From NCBI RefSeq assembly GCF_009914755.1, contig NC_060926.1: DNA of 64,000 nucleotides; one strand, given 5' to 3'. The stretch is from the human T2T-CHM13v2.0 reference genome, Homo sapiens. Positions 44,235-58,720 of this stretch are shown piece by piece (the stretch's first letter is position 1; each line of letters starts with the position of its first letter). A program made the translations under genes and the position numbers. Under the pieces are notes generated by a model, which worked only from the letters and a program-made list of their open reading frames with translations, was not told the DNA's origin and searched no databases.

Positions 44235-46532
44235 CAGCCATACTTCAGAGATATTAGAGTCAGTTCCAGACCACCACGATACACCAAATATCACAATAAA
44301 GTGAGGCACAGAAATATTTTGGTTTTCTGATGCATATAAAAGTTATGTTCGTACTATACTGTAGTCTACAGTAGTTATGTTGAAAGACAGTGTTATGTTG
44401 AAAAATGTACACATAGTAATTTAAAAATATTTTATTGCTGAAAAATGCCAACAATCATCTCAGCCTTTAGCAAACTGTACATATTTTACTCATGGAGGGT
44501 CTTGTCTCAGTGTTGATGGCTGCTGACTGATCTTGCTGGTGGTTGCAGAAGGTTGGGTGGCTGTGGTAATTTCTTAACGTAAGACAACTAGAAAATTTTT
44601 TACACCAATCGACTCTGCCCATCATGAAAGATTTCTCTGTAGCATGTAATGCTGGTTGATAGCATTTTACTCACAGTAAAAGTTCTTTCAAAATTAGAGT
44701 GAATTCTTCCCATTTTTGCTGCTGCTTTAGCAGCTAAGTTTAGGTAACAATCTAAAGTTTTTGTTGTCATTTCAACAATGTTCACAGTTTCTTTACCATC
44801 TTAAGAAACTTTTTGTTTGCACATCCAAAGTAAGCAATCCCTCCTGTTCAAGGTTGATCATGAGATTGCAACAATTCAGTCACGTATTTAGGCTACACTT
44901 CTAAAGTGATATTTTGAAAGGAATTTTTTTTTTCTCTGAGAAGTAGATTTCCACAGTGGTTTTAAAATATTCAGTAAATTATGCTGTAAACAGATGTGCT
45001 GTCTTCCAAGCTTTGCTTTTCCATTTATATATCACATGCAGAGTAAACTTAGCAGAATTATTTAGAGGTTTGGAATTTGGGAGACTATTAGTGAGCATTG
45101 CATTCAACTTAAAGTCACCAGCTACATTACGCCCTAACAGAAAGTCAACGTGTCCTTTGAAGCTTTGAAGCCAGACATTGGCTTCTCCTCTTTAGCTATA
45201 AAAATCCTGGAAGACATCTTTTTCCAATATAAGGCTGTTTCATCGACATTGAAAATCAGTTGTTTTTTGTAGCCACCTTCATCAATGATCTTAGCTAGTT
45301 CTTCTAGATAACTTGCTGTAGCTTCTACATCAGCACTTGTTGTTTTATCTTACATTTTATGTTACGGAGATGGCTTCTTTCCTTAAATCTCACAAACCAA
45401 CCCCTTCTAACTTCAAACTTTCCTTCTGCAGCTTTCTTACATCTCTCAGCCTTCACAGAATTGAAGAGAGTTAGAGCCTTTCTGTGGATTAGGCTTTGGC
45501 TTAAGGAAATATTGTGGCTGGTTTGATCTTCTATCCAGAGGATGAATTTTCTTCATATCAGCAATAAGTTTGTTTTATTTTCTTATTCTTGTGTTCCCTG
45601 AAGTAGCATTTTAAATTTCCTTCAAGAACTTTTCTTTTGCATTTACAACTTAGCTAACTGGTGTAAGAGCCCTAGCTTCCAGACTATCTTGACTTTCTAC
45701 ATCCCTTCTTCACTAAGCTTAGTCATTTCTGGGTTTTGATTTAAAGTGAGAAATGGGACTCTTCTTTTCACTGGAAGACTTAGAATCCATTGTAGGAGCC
45801 AAGTGTGGTGGCTCACACCTGTAATCCCAGCACTTTAGGAGGCCAAGGCAGGAGGGTCACTTAAGGCCAGGAGCTCCAGATCAGCCTGGACAACACAGCG
45901 AGACCTTGTCTCTATAAAGGATACAAAATAAGCCAGGCATGGTGGTGTGTGCCTGTAGTCCCAGCTACTTGGGAGGCTTAGGTGAGAGGATCGCTTGAGC
46001 CCAGAATGTTGAGGCTATAGTGAGCCATGATCGTGTCACTGCACTCAGCCTGGAGAACTGAGTTAGACCCATTCTGAGAAAAAAAAAAAAAAAAAAAGAA
46101 AAGAAACCATTGTAGCATTATTAGTTGGTGTGTTTTCAATATTGTTGTGTCTCAGGAAATAGGGAAACCCAAAAAAAGGGAGAGGAGATAAGGGAATGGC
46201 TGATTGATGGAGCAGGCAGAAAACACCCAATATTTATGGATTAAGTTCTCCATCTTATTGGGTGTAGTTCATGGCACCCCAAGACAATTCCAATAGTAAC
46301 ATCAAAGATTATTGATCACAGATCACCATAACAGATATAATAATAATAATAGTTTAAAATATCACAAGAATTACCAAAATGTGACACATAGACACAAAAT
46401 GGGCACATGCTGTTGGAAAAATGGAGACCATAGACTTGCCAGACATAGACTTGCCATAAATCTTCAATTTCTTAAAAATGCACTATTTGTGAAGCACAAT
46501 GAAGTGAAGCACACTACATTGAGGTATGCCTG
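44235..46532 (-). mobile_element. Tigger1 DNA transposon, both TIRs present, internally deleted, transposase dead
   Basis: TIRs cag(c)catac(t)tc at 44235 and gaggtatgcctg+TA at 46521-46534; degenerate transposase text (ORF 44600-44785 NIVEMTTK.LD.Y.NL..KAAA). Confidence 0.93.
45796..46101 (+). mobile_element. AluJ inserted in Tigger1
   Basis: J-type 'gaggatcgcttgagccc'; TSD agaa(t/a)ccattgtag at 45782-45795 and 46102-46115. Confidence 0.95.
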
Positions 46533-46836
46533 TATTAATCCCCAAAAACCAATTCTAAATCATTTTGTTATCAGACACATGGAAGAAAGACTGCCATAAT
46601 GTTTCTTTTTTATTCCATGTCATTGAACACATCACATTTATCCTCAGTGAGTATTAATGTATTCCTTAGTATGTTTTTATTTCTAGTCTTGAACAATTTC
46701 TCATGTAATGTCTTTATTTGTAAGGCTTCCAGATGAATAAGTGAGTGAATGAATTAATAAATGGGCAACATGTCAAATATTAAGAACATAGTCACAAGGC
46801 TGACTTCAAATCCCAGATCTGCTACTGTTGATGGCT

Positions 46837-47415
46837 GTTGTGAAAACTTGGTTCTTGTCTTCTTAGTTTAAAAATTCCAAAGAATTTACACAAGAGACAC
46901 ACAGCATAGGAGATGAAGCATAGAACAATTTATTGCAAAGGAGAAAGAGTACTCTGAATGTTGGTTGCAGAATAGACAGTACACTCTGGGAGATAATTCA
47001 GAGTGGGCTACACATGAGGATGAGACAGTATTCACTGTTACTGGGGAAACTTCCCTGATGGGAGTCTTTTGTGATTACTCATGAGGGGATGGGAAGAGGT
47101 GTTACCAGTACGCATGCTCTGGGTTGTCATCTGGGTGTACATGTACAGTAACTTTCCATACTATTTCGTTAATGGCATGTCTCATTAGCATCTTGAATCT
47201 CCACTCAGGAGTATGTTTTTCATTATCATAATGAGCAAAGTGTCAATCTAAGGACAGGTAAAATTAAAATGCACATGCTCTCTACAAGGGAAGTTCCCTA
47301 TGGAGATAGCTGTGCCTGAATGAGCTTGACTACAGTGCAAACGCTGGGGCTCATTGTGCCATGGTTGCCACATACCAAGTACATGGTTACTTCCTTGACT
47401 ACCTATCCTGTTCCA
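46837..47415 (-). mobile_element. ERV1-class solo LTR inserted in a MIR
   Basis: Antisense poly(A) signal 'tttattg'; ends 'ggttacttccttgactacctatcctgttcca'; MIR text 'ttcaaatcccagatctgctact' resumes as 'ctattagctag' after it. Confidence 0.65.
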
Positions 47416-50052
47416 CTATTAGCTAGAACATATGCAAATTATTTAAGTTCTCTAATCCTCAGTGTCCTTAACTAAACATAACTAGTCCTTGTGCTTATCT
47501 TGTAGAACTGAGGAGTGCCTTAAATAAATATTATTAATACATGGATGAGAACTGAGTAGGATAGGCATGAAGTTTGGGAAATAAAGTTTATTTCACTCTT
47601 TCCTGGTCATCCATATAGGTTCATTAAGTCAAGTGCCTACAAAATGCAGGCTTTTACAACAGAGGTTAATATATTAAGAGTGCATAGCATAGAGGACAAA
47701 GTAGAGGCAGCAAACATACACTACTTAATCTACATCCCACATCTACAAATTGCAATATCCTTTTGCCCAGATGTCTTGTTTCTGAATATAGATAGTGCTG
47801 TATACATTATAGTAGTGCTTCTCTAGAATATGGAATATGTAGGGAACCATAGTCAAGTAGTCAAGTTGGGATGGAAAGCATCACCTCAACAAACAGAATG
47901 CTCACCAGATGATGCAATCGTGAATTCATCCAGATATAATGTTTGCTCTCTCTGTTATCATCAGAAGTTGAGACCTGTTCCATACTGCTCTTCATTTCTT
48001 CTTACTTGTATTATATATCATCAAGATTGCTTATTAGAAGCAGGGACATGGGCAAGAGGAGTATTGCTTGTTTGTTTGTTTTTATTGCTTTTGTCTTGCA
48101 TAAAATACAAACTAATTAAATTTAAAAAGAAAACCCCTCCTTTTCACACACCAAGTTTTCAAAACTTCCTTCTTTGAAAACACTGCATTCCAGGTCTCCC
48201 TAAAGAGTTTCAAATTCCTTATGATTTATTCTCCTATTAAATATTAATTAGTAATAATGCCTGTAAAATAACCTAACATATAAATAGTCAAAAATAGTAA
48301 CCTTCCATTATTACAACAAAAATTTCTGCTGTAGAACTTATTACAGCCTATGTTAAATTTACGAATTTCACTATGTACAACAATACCGAAATCTGTTTGT
48401 GGGATTCATCCATGGTGATCCAGAGTCCCCACATAATGAGATCCCATAAGCAAATCATGTAGTCAGACACATAGTATGGCATGATGCTCTTTAATTCCTT
48501 TGAATTAACAAGGCATCCTACTCTATCCCACACCCATTTGTTCCTCATTTAACATGGAGTTTAACAATGGCCCCAACTCTTTGACATTTAGTAGCCTTCT
48601 GGCTCAAATTTGCTATTTCTACAATTACATAAATACTCTTGTTAGGACTTCCTTTAAAAAATACCTATCTAAGAGTCTTTACTAATGTAACTCTCCCCAA
48701 GCACCACAAAGAGCCTGATTTTCCCATATATCTTTACAAACTGCAAATCCCTATATATCTCAACCCCTTACTTCCCTGGTTTCACTTTGACACCTTAGGT
48801 CCTAGTTTTTGCTGTATCCTGTAGAATTTTCATAATATAAAGTTCAAGCTCAAACTCGCTGGTGTTTGAGCCTTCAGTTCCATCAGCACAGGTACTTGAA
48901 CTAAGGACTTTAATGGTCTTTGGATCTCTTCCTCTTAACATCAGGTTACCTCTCCTTCTATGCCTTTGCCACATATTCTTAACTTTACCTCAGGTAGTGT
49001 GAAGTACATGCTTGTGTCATGAAATGACTATGTAGAGAGTCATGGTATAACCATATCAATTTCTTCCTGTCCAATATTCTTTTGCTTGGATGGTTGCAGA
49101 TAAATCATATAGTTCAAGTAATGCATGCCATCAGCTAAAATAATCTCTTATTATACTTTATTGATATATGAATGTTTATTAAACACAAACATTATTACCT
49201 GCTAATTTACCACCTGCTGGTTGAAAGATGGCAAAAGTCTTACTGTTTATTTTGTAAGACTTCATTAAGCCATTAACCTTTCACTTCTTTAGGCCACTAG
49301 GAAAAATTTCCTTACTTTAATCACTCTTGTACTAACGCTCTAAAAGCGAATATAGTGATTTGTAATATGCCTCATGAAGAGTTTATGGTAAATTATTTCC
49401 TAATGCCTATGCTTTGCAAATGTTTACATAAATACGTCCATAAAATATATAAACACTGAATTTTTGCCAAAGGGTTTCTGTCTTTTGAATTGAAAATATA
49501 TAAGTAAACCCTATACACAGACTGATTTTTGAAATATTTCAAGACCCTATTTTATCTTTGTTTTGCATAAATGCAGAAAGACAAGGAATAAATGAAACAA
49601 AAAAGTACTGAGATCTCAATACTCACCTCAATTAAAAAGAAAAAAAAAGAAAACCAAATCTCTTGATTATTGTGGTCATTTTAAAAATAATATCATTTGC
49701 AGGGTGTTAAGTGATGTTTCAAAGGTAGTTACCGTGGTGAGCAATTTGCTAATATTATGGTGATATGAACTACATATATACTATTTTGGGAAAATGATCC
49801 TATTTTTTAAACTGTTATGATTTTAGAAAATAAAATATAAAAGCTTATAATGATGGTACTGATTTAATTTGAGGAATAATAATCAAGGTCATGAATGATT
49901 TCCCTCAGATATTGAAATATTCATGTACTGTTTCATAGCTTGAGAATTAAAGTGATATACAGAATAAAAATTATAAAACCTTAAATTAAATATTATAAGT
50001 TATACAAATGGAGAAAGATTAAATGACTTTGGTTTTAAAAACAGCTTAACTA

Positions 50053-50225
50053 TAGCCAGGCATAAAGGCACATGCCTGTAGTCTTAGCTATTCAGAGGGC
50101 TGAGATAGTAGGATGACTTGAGGTCAGAAGTTCCAGGCTGCTCTGTGATTACGCCTATGAATAGTCACTGAGCTCTAGCCTGGGCAACATAGTGAAACTT
50201 TGAATCAAAAAAGGAAAAAAAAAAA
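50053..50225 (+). mobile_element. Fossil Alu monomer (FAM-like)
   Basis: Monomer retaining the 7SL-like 'gcctatgaatagtcactg...gcctgggcaacatagtga'; A-tail. Confidence 0.75.
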
Positions 50226-50548
50226 AGCCAGGCATGGTGATATACACTTGTAAACTCATCATTTTGGGAGGCCAAAGCAGAAGGATCACTTGAGGCAAGG
50301 AGGTTGAGACCAGACTGGGCAACATGGAGAGAACTCATCCCTATTAAAAATAAGAGAAATTAGCTGGGCAGGGTGGTACACATATATAGGCCCAGCTACT
50401 TGGGAGGCTGAGACAGGAGAATTGCTTGAGCCCAGGAGTTCGAGGTTGCAATGAGTTTTGATCACATCCTGTGTTTCAGCCTGGGCAACAGGGCATGACC
50501 TTATCTCTAAAAAAATAAAAATAAAAATAAATAAAAAACAAAAACCCA
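50226..50548 (+). mobile_element. AluJ
   Basis: Diverged dimer directly following the monomer's tail. Confidence 0.9.
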
Positions 50549-50889
50549 AATTTAACTAAAATTTTATTTACCACTTATTTAAAACATTTCAACTCATTAT
50601 AAATAAAGAATATATACTTAACGTACCTTCTTCTTATTCTTGCACCAATTATTTATCTTATGACATATTTAAGAAAATAGACATCTCCATTAAGAGCTCT
50701 ACATTGTTATTATAGAAGCATAATTTTGCAAAGAAGAATGATACATATATGGCCTCAATTAATTCTAATTCAATCTGCCTGAATTTCACACAATTTTTAA
50801 TTACTTCATTTTTCTAATTGCAAAACAAATCAGGTTTACTACTAAACAAACCAGTGGAATAAAAAAGTATAAAAGATGAAAAAATTATA

Positions 50890-51665
50890 TTCAGTGGTAA
50901 TTCCACTACTGGGCATTTACAAAGGAAATAAAAATTTATTCTATCAAAGAGATACCTACATTCATATGTATATAACAGCACTACTTGTAATAACAAAGAT
51001 ATGGAATCAAACTAAGTGCCCATCAATAGATGGTTGGATAAGGAAAATATGCTATATATATATATTTTATGTATACAAAATATGTTATATACATAAAATA
51101 TATATATATACATAAAACATATATATGTTATATATATAAAAAATGTATTATATACGTGTGTGTATATATATGCATATGTATGTAGCTATAGCATGAAATA
51201 CAATTCAGCCATACAAAAGAACATGTGCACACATATATATGTGTATATATATGTGTATGTGTGTGTATGTGTGTGTATATATATGTATTGTGTATCTATA
51301 CAATGAAATACTATTCAGCCATAAAAAGGATGAAATCATGTCTTTTGAAGTAACATGAATGGAACTGGAGGCCATTATCTTAAGTGAAAAACTACAGAAA
51401 CAGAAAGTCAAATACTGCATGTTCTCACTTTTAAGTGGGAGATAGTGTGTACACATGGACCTGGAGAGTGGAATAATAGACAATGGAGACTCAGAAGGGT
51501 GGGAAGGTGGGAAGACATGGGGGATGAGGGATGAGAAATTACTTCATGTGTACAATGTATACTATTCTGATGATGGCTACATTAAAACCCAGTCTTCCCC
51601 ATTATGTAAATGTCTATGTAAAACGCTCTTGTTCTCCCTAAATCTATTTAAAAATAAGAAAAAAA
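50890..51665 (+). mobile_element. L1MA 3' end with (TA)/(TG)-rich expansion
   Basis: IPLLGIY..KIWNQ.KCPS; 3'UTR 'gggatgagaaattactt'; microsatellite at 51050-51300. Confidence 0.88.
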
Positions 51666-52014
51666 GTCTTTCCTGTCTTTTTTTTCTGACCACTCATATA
51701 TTTTTCAGGCAAATTATATGGCAGTAAACATAAATGCTCTTTAAAAACATAGACAATATATCATAAACCTTACCACACAAAATTGATGCTAACAAATATA
51801 TAGTATACTTGTATTTAACAGCTGCTTCACATCCTTCTCTTGGTCCTCAGATTTTTTTTTTTTTTTTGCATATTTCTATTTTAAATAATACCTCAATGGA
51901 AATTCTTTACATACACCTTTGAGCAGTTTTGTATAATTCTTCATTGATTTTCTAAAGATAAATTCCTGGATTTGGAAATGCTGGGTGAAAAAAGATTGTA
52001 GACTTCTGAATTCA

Positions 52015-54710
52015 TCCCCAGCACTTAAAGAGGGTAGAAGTCATCACTCCCATTCTTAGAAGAAAAAAAATTTTTTTTGAATGAACTTAAAAACATTTTT
52101 TTCTTGGATATCTCTTAGAAATGAGCTTTCAGAGCAAAGCACTGCCGTGAAATCAGGAGATACAGTTAAATTGACAGAATCACAGCTGATTTACCTATAG
52201 TCTAAGCCACCAAAACCATAAATTGGCACAAAAATTAAATGCTAGTTGTGAGGAGTTTCTGGGGGTTCATTGTGAACTGGCATGAGTGGGAAACTCCTGG
52301 GGCTGCAATCCTCAGTGCAGGAGGATATGGGACACACTTTCATGGTTTTCATGTACAGGGACCACATCTGGTCTCTTGGTGAAAATCTATAAAGGTCTCA
52401 CATCTCTGACAGAGTAAGAGAGAAAGTAATTGAAATAGGCCTAGAATGTTCTCCATAAAAAAGGCTTATCCTCTGGGTTGGCAGGGGCGGAACTTACCCA
52501 GAGCTTTATTTCACCGAAGGGAAAAACATTTTCCTGACTTCAGCATTTTCCAGTTTTACTAAAGGGAGAGAGAAAGCTACAAAATACTTCTAAGGTCACT
52601 GTCCAAGGATACGGTCTCATTTTAAAAATATGCTTTAGTCATGCGATAATAGAAGATTCTCCTCCCCTGCACCCTACCCCTCCCAAAAGTAGGATCCAAT
52701 ATAACAATGAAGTATAAAGTACTTCGAGACTCAGACTCTACCTAAGTAAGAGATCTTCAAGAAGGCCAAAAACAACAGGAGAGACAAAACCAAGGACAAA
52801 AGAGAAATTTGAAGTCTCCTGCACCTATAGCTAAAAAAAAAATGAACATTAACTCCTAGTCATATGTATATAAAATCTCATACTCATTCACCTCAATTCC
52901 TGTTACCAGTTCAGCATGTTTTGACTTTCAAACAAAACAAAACAAAATGAAAGACATGTTAAAAAGCAAGAAAAAACAATCTGAAAAGACAAAACATATA
53001 TCAAAACCAGATATAGATGTGACACAGATTTTATAATTTTCAGAAAGGAAATTGAAAATAATTATAATTAATTTGTTAAAAGTTTAAGTTGAAAAGGTAG
53101 AAAGCATACAATAACACGTGTAATGTAAGCAGAGAGACTGAAACTCTAAAAATAAATCAAAATCAAACGATAAAAATTAAAAACATTTAACTGAAATAAA
53201 AAATGTCTTTGATGGTCTCATTGGTAGACTGGACATAAATGACAGTAGAATTAGTGAAGACAAAGAAATGTCAGTGGGAATTTCTGAAAATAAAATGCAA
53301 AGAATGAAACAGAACTATCGGGGGAACCAGCCCCCAATATTTCAACATAGGTTCTTTTCTATTTTCCCTAAGTGTAGGCTGGTCTGAGAAATAAAGAGAA
53401 AGAGTACAAAAGAGAGAAATTTTACAGCTGGGCCTCCGGGGGTGACATCATATGTCAGCAGGTTCCGTGATGCCCACCTGAACCGCAAAACCAGCAAGTT
53501 TTTATTAGGGATTTCAAAAGGGGAGGGGTGTACAAACAGGGAGTGGGTCGAAGAGATCACATGCTTCAAAGGGCAATAAAAGATCACAAGGGCAGAAGGG
53601 CAGAGCAAGCTCACAAGGCCAGGGTGAAATTAGAATTACTAATGAGGTTCCATGTCCCACTGTGCACGCATTGTCATTGATAAACATCTAAACAGGAAAC
53701 AGGGTTCAAGAGCAGAGAACTGGTCTGACTAGAATTCGCCAGTCTGGAATTTCCTAATCCTAGCAAGCCTGTGGGCACTGCAGGAGACCTGGGCATATTT
53801 CATCATTTATCTTCAACTGCTTAAGGCAGACACCCCCAGAGTGGCCGTCCATAGGCCCCTTCTGGGAATGCATTCCCCTCCCAGGGTTATTCCTTACTGG
53901 GAAAAGATTTCAGCAATATTTCTCCTACTTGTTTTCTGCAATAAGAAAAATATGACTCTGTTCTGCCTGGCCCCGCAGGCAGTCAGACCTTATGGTTATC
54001 TCCCTTGTTCCCTGAACATTGCTGTTATCCTGTTCCTTTTCAGGGTGCACAGATTTCACATTGTTCAAACACACGTTTTACAAACAATTTGTGCAGTTAA
54101 CACAATCATCACAGGGTCCTGAGGCGACATATATCCTCAGCTTATGAAGATGACAGGATTAAGAGATTAAAGACAGGCATAGGAAATTACAAGAGTATTG
54201 ATTGGGGAAGTGATAAATGTCCATGAAATCTTCACAATTTATGTTCAGAGATTGCAGTAAAGACAGATGTAAGAAATCATATAAGTATTAATTTGGGGAC
54301 TAATAAATGTCCATGAAATCTTCACAGTTTCTGTTCTTCTGCCACGGCTTCAGCAGGTCCCTCCGTTCAGGGTCCCTGACTTCCCGCAAGACAGAACAAC
54401 AAAAATGTATGAAGCAATTTCAAAAAGCATAATGTGTACTAGGAATACAAAAAAGAAAAAAAAACAGAACATAATATAAAAGATATTTGACATAACGAAA
54501 TGCCAAGAATCTTCTAAAATTAATGACAGACACCAAACCACAGATCCAGGAAGCTCTATTAATATGAACAACAAAGGTAGTATAAGCACCTAAAAATCTA
54601 CACCTGGACATATCATATGCAAACTGTAGAAAGTCAGAGACAAAAAAGAAAATTTTGGAGGGAGGTAGTAAAAACAAATAAAACGTTTACCTACTGTGGA
54701 GGAGCAAGGA
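52015..54710 (+). mobile_element. Old L1M 5'UTR/ORF1 remnant interrupted by MER11
   Basis: 'aaaatgtctttgatggtctcattggtagactggaca','gacaccaaaccacagatccaggaagctc','tacacctggacatatcata'. Confidence 0.7.
53316..54391 (-). mobile_element. MER11 (HERV-K11/HML-8) solo LTR
   Basis: Termini 'tatcgggggaaccagccccc' and 'ggtccctgacttcccgcaaga'; perfect 6-bp TSD cagaac at 53310-53315 and 54392-54397. Confidence 0.95.
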
Positions 54711-56236
54711 TAATTACTTTGTATTTTATTGAATAATATTTTCTGAGAACTTTTTCAGTAAGTAATCATTTAAACTACTTATTCAGCCAAGATTTCTTTG
54801 ATATTTTTGATAGTGGTAACTTTTTAGAATTGTTCTCTGTTGTTTCTTAGTTATCTTTACAAAAGTCTAAAATATTAGAATACTTTTTGATTCCTCACTT
54901 TCTCCAACACATTGCATTCAATCGACTGGCAACTCCCAGTGGCTCAAACTTCAGATGATATTCAGAATCTGACTTATTTGGACGATTTCCACTGCTATCA
55001 GCCTGCTCAATGCTCCCAAACTCACTCTAGCTCTCAGAGTACTTATCACCCTATAATCATATCATAATGGTGCACAAAGTTTTGATACCAATAGTGGCTG
55101 TCAAATTAAAGCTTGCAATTCAGAATACATATGTATTATGATAACATCAGGACACAATATAAGTGTTTTTATTTAAAGCTAATTGAATATATGCAAATAT
55201 ACCCTAAAACTACATAGTTGTATGAGACACACACACACACACACATACACACAGAAACCCATTGGTGAGAACACGTAATTGACACACCCAGACACAGACA
55301 CAGGCAGGCAGAAGCCTATTGGTGAACATGCCATCATTATTGTTTGTGTGTGTGTGTGTGTGGTACGTGTGAATTGGTCTTCTCTTTCTGTTTTTCATCC
55401 TGTGCCACTTTTACCTTTTCCAGAATCTATCGTAAACTTATTCCATTAATTATACAAACAAATAAGTGAATGTGGAATGTTTTGGATAAGTTCACCTGCT
55501 ACATTCAAAAAGTAATTATGCTCTCCATCAACAACAGGTCAGTTGCATAAAATTTAACAATAAGGGAAAAACTATCATATTAAGATGAATTATCTTTAGT
55601 AAACATATTTTCCAAATACTCACTGCACCAAACAGAATGTTTTTGCCTCAACTTTATGAAATTAGGAAGATTTCAAGAGGTTACCCTGTTCCTTATTAAA
55701 TCTCAGCTTCTTCTGAAGCTGCTCTTCTGACTTCATCCCTCTATTGTTTCTATGCACATTTTTCTGATATTTCAGTTATTTTATGAGTAAAAATGTTCCA
55801 ATACATGTCATTCTTTCTCTGATGGTAAAATTAATATAATCATCAATCTTCCTAAGAAATTATTATTCCTGTCACTCTACTCAATAATTTCCTATGACTT
55901 TAATGTTTGACTGACAGTAGCTACATGGAGACATTATTTGTGTGTCATATGAAACTTTGTCAGAAATTATGAAAATTCTAATGGGAGTAAATTCACCTTA
56001 TTGGTGTATTTTTAAAACAAACATTTTAATATGTGATGCTCAGGAAAACATATATTTTTATTACTTCATGTCATTTATTAAAATTCATATCAGTGAAGAT
56101 TAATTTTTTGTTACCAAGTAGAAATTTTTAACTACATTCTTGTTGTCAGTCACTGGTAAGCAAGAATACATATCACATGGTTACCTACATAGGTGGTAAC
56201 ATAGGAAAGTGAAAAAACAGAAATAGAATATTTTCT

Positions 56237-56543
<307 letters not shown>

Positions 56544-56799
56544 CTAAAGAATCTTAATTCCTATAATAATCTGTCATTGAAAAGTCTTGGAACTCATATA
56601 GGACCTCAGAACTTGCACAATTAAGTCTGTTACCTTATGCAAAAACTATCTTTTATATATTTCTCACAGGCACTTATATATTATCTATTTAAATACCTTC
56701 ATCAGTGGACTCACTTTATCACAGGACAGCTCAGTCCATGTGCGGACACATTCTAATTTTAAGAAAATATTTCTTTTTTATGAGTTAGCCATAGTTTAA

Positions 56800-57055
56800 T
56801 TCTATTTTTTTTTTGTCACTCTCAACATTTTTCTCTCTCCTTCCTTCCTCTTTCCACACCTCCATTTTATTTTCTTTCTTTCTTTTTCTTTCTTCCTTTC
56901 TTCCTTTCTCCCCTTCCTGCCTTCCTTCTTCCTTTCCTGCCTTTATTTCTTTTTCTTTGTCTTTTTTCTTTTTCTTCTTTTTTGTTGTCCTCCTTTTTTT
57001 CTCTTTCCTTCTCTCCTTTTATTTCCTTAATTCTATCTTCTTTTGACTTTCTTTT
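56800..57055. repeat. CT-rich polypyrimidine low-complexity tract
   Basis: About 250 bp of almost pure C/T on the + strand. Confidence 0.9.
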
Positions 57056-57059
57056 GCAA

Positions 57060-58720
57060 ATATATACTAAATACTTCCTAAGTTCTAGGCATCATGATAG
57101 ATGCTCCAAATACTGTAATTAAAATAGAACATCTCTTTCCAAGAACATTAGCCAAATTAAGGAGATAGACAAGTGATCAGTGAAATATAATGCATTTTAC
57201 AACTGCTATGTAAACACACTGGAAAGACAGTAACTCAGTTGTGGAAAGGGAAATAGGAAAAATAGCAGTTGTGTCTATGCTAAGGGTTGATACTTATTCT
57301 GGACATATGTAGAAAAAGATGAAAATTTATTCTAGGAACAGAGCACATCTTGTGGAAAGCCACTAAGGAAAGGGACAAATATAGTTCCTAGATTTGCTTT
57401 TAGCAATGGATGTATGGTTCCATATTTCAGTCTTCAATAATCCTATAGGCTAATGGCAAATATATTGAGCTGAACATCATAGAAAGTCCTCTTGGATTGT
57501 TTCTCCCTAAAATTTATCATTGCAATCTCTATAATCCCAATTACCAATCAAGTTTCTCAATGTGCTTATACTATAATAGCCAACTTTCTTTCCATTACAT
57601 TGTGACTTACAATACATTGATCTCCTTATATTTATGCAATCTCCAACTTCCCTCATGCCATCTCGTTTTTTTTTTACCTCAGTATAAACAGTATAGTTAA
57701 TTAGACTCCCAACTCAAGTATTCCTTTAACTTCCTTGTGTCCATGTATTTCTTTTTTTCTTCCCATGTGTGCTTGACAAAATGACAATTGTGATTATACA
57801 ACTCTCTGCTTATATGTACATTTGACCTATATAGTTGATCAAATTGGAGAAAACTATGAATCACACTAACTGCTTACACATTAATTCTGTGATTACTAAT
57901 TTCAGGTGGATCTTTTATGATGGCTCATAATCATACTCAATTATTCTAGTTTGTTCACTTTCTCATTTTCTTAGATAACTACTTCATTTGTTTTCAAAAT
58001 TTCTTCACATCGCTAGTACCTCTGATCTTATCTTGACTTCTTTCACTTTGAAAATTAAAAAAGAAAATTTGAAAGCTTCCTCTTCTGTCTACAGATCTAC
58101 CAGCTTATAAGTTCTGCTTTCTCTTCTGTTACTAAGGATTGACTCTCTGTGTTCAAACCTGTTGCCAAGTATTCCCCTTTGTTACTGGATCCCACTCTTT
58201 ATCACTTACTCAAAGATTTGGACAAAACTATTCTCACCTCTCTCTCTTTTGAATTGACAATCTTTTCCTCCACTTCAGGGCATTCACATCACTATATAGT
58301 GAAATCTTGTGCTTAAAAAAAAAGATCCACTTAGCTCCACCTTCCTCTAAAACTATGACTCCATTTCTCAATCCTGTTTCTAGTAAAACTCCTCAAAAAG
58401 ATTGTCTACATTGACAGTTTTAAATTACTCTTTAATTTATCCCTAAATCCACTCCACACCACACTTACAAGGCTGCTGAAACTGTCGTGTTAATGTCTTC
58501 AAAAATCTGTTTTCAAATCCAATAATCAATTATTAGTACTCCAGTTAGTAGACCTCGTAAGAGTATTTGACACAGTTGAACAGTTTCTTTTTCTCTCTCT
58601 CTGAAATTTTGTTTATTTCCTTTGCCTCCAGAACAAAGTCATTAAGATTGTTTTTTCTTTCTAATGATTTCTTCATCTTCTTTGTGGGCTCTTCTTTATT
58701 TCTCACACCTTTAAGCTCTG
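57060..58720. mobile_element. L2 remnants (3' end on - at ~57060-57400; body on + at ~57480-58720)
   Basis: 'agttctaggcatcatgatagatgct','ctagtaaaactcctcaaaaagattgtctaca','gtatttgacacagttgaaca'. Confidence 0.65.

Noticed and set aside
44235-46532. Domesticated Tigger transposase gene
   Set aside because: Fragmented frames, an internal deletion and an Alu insertion.
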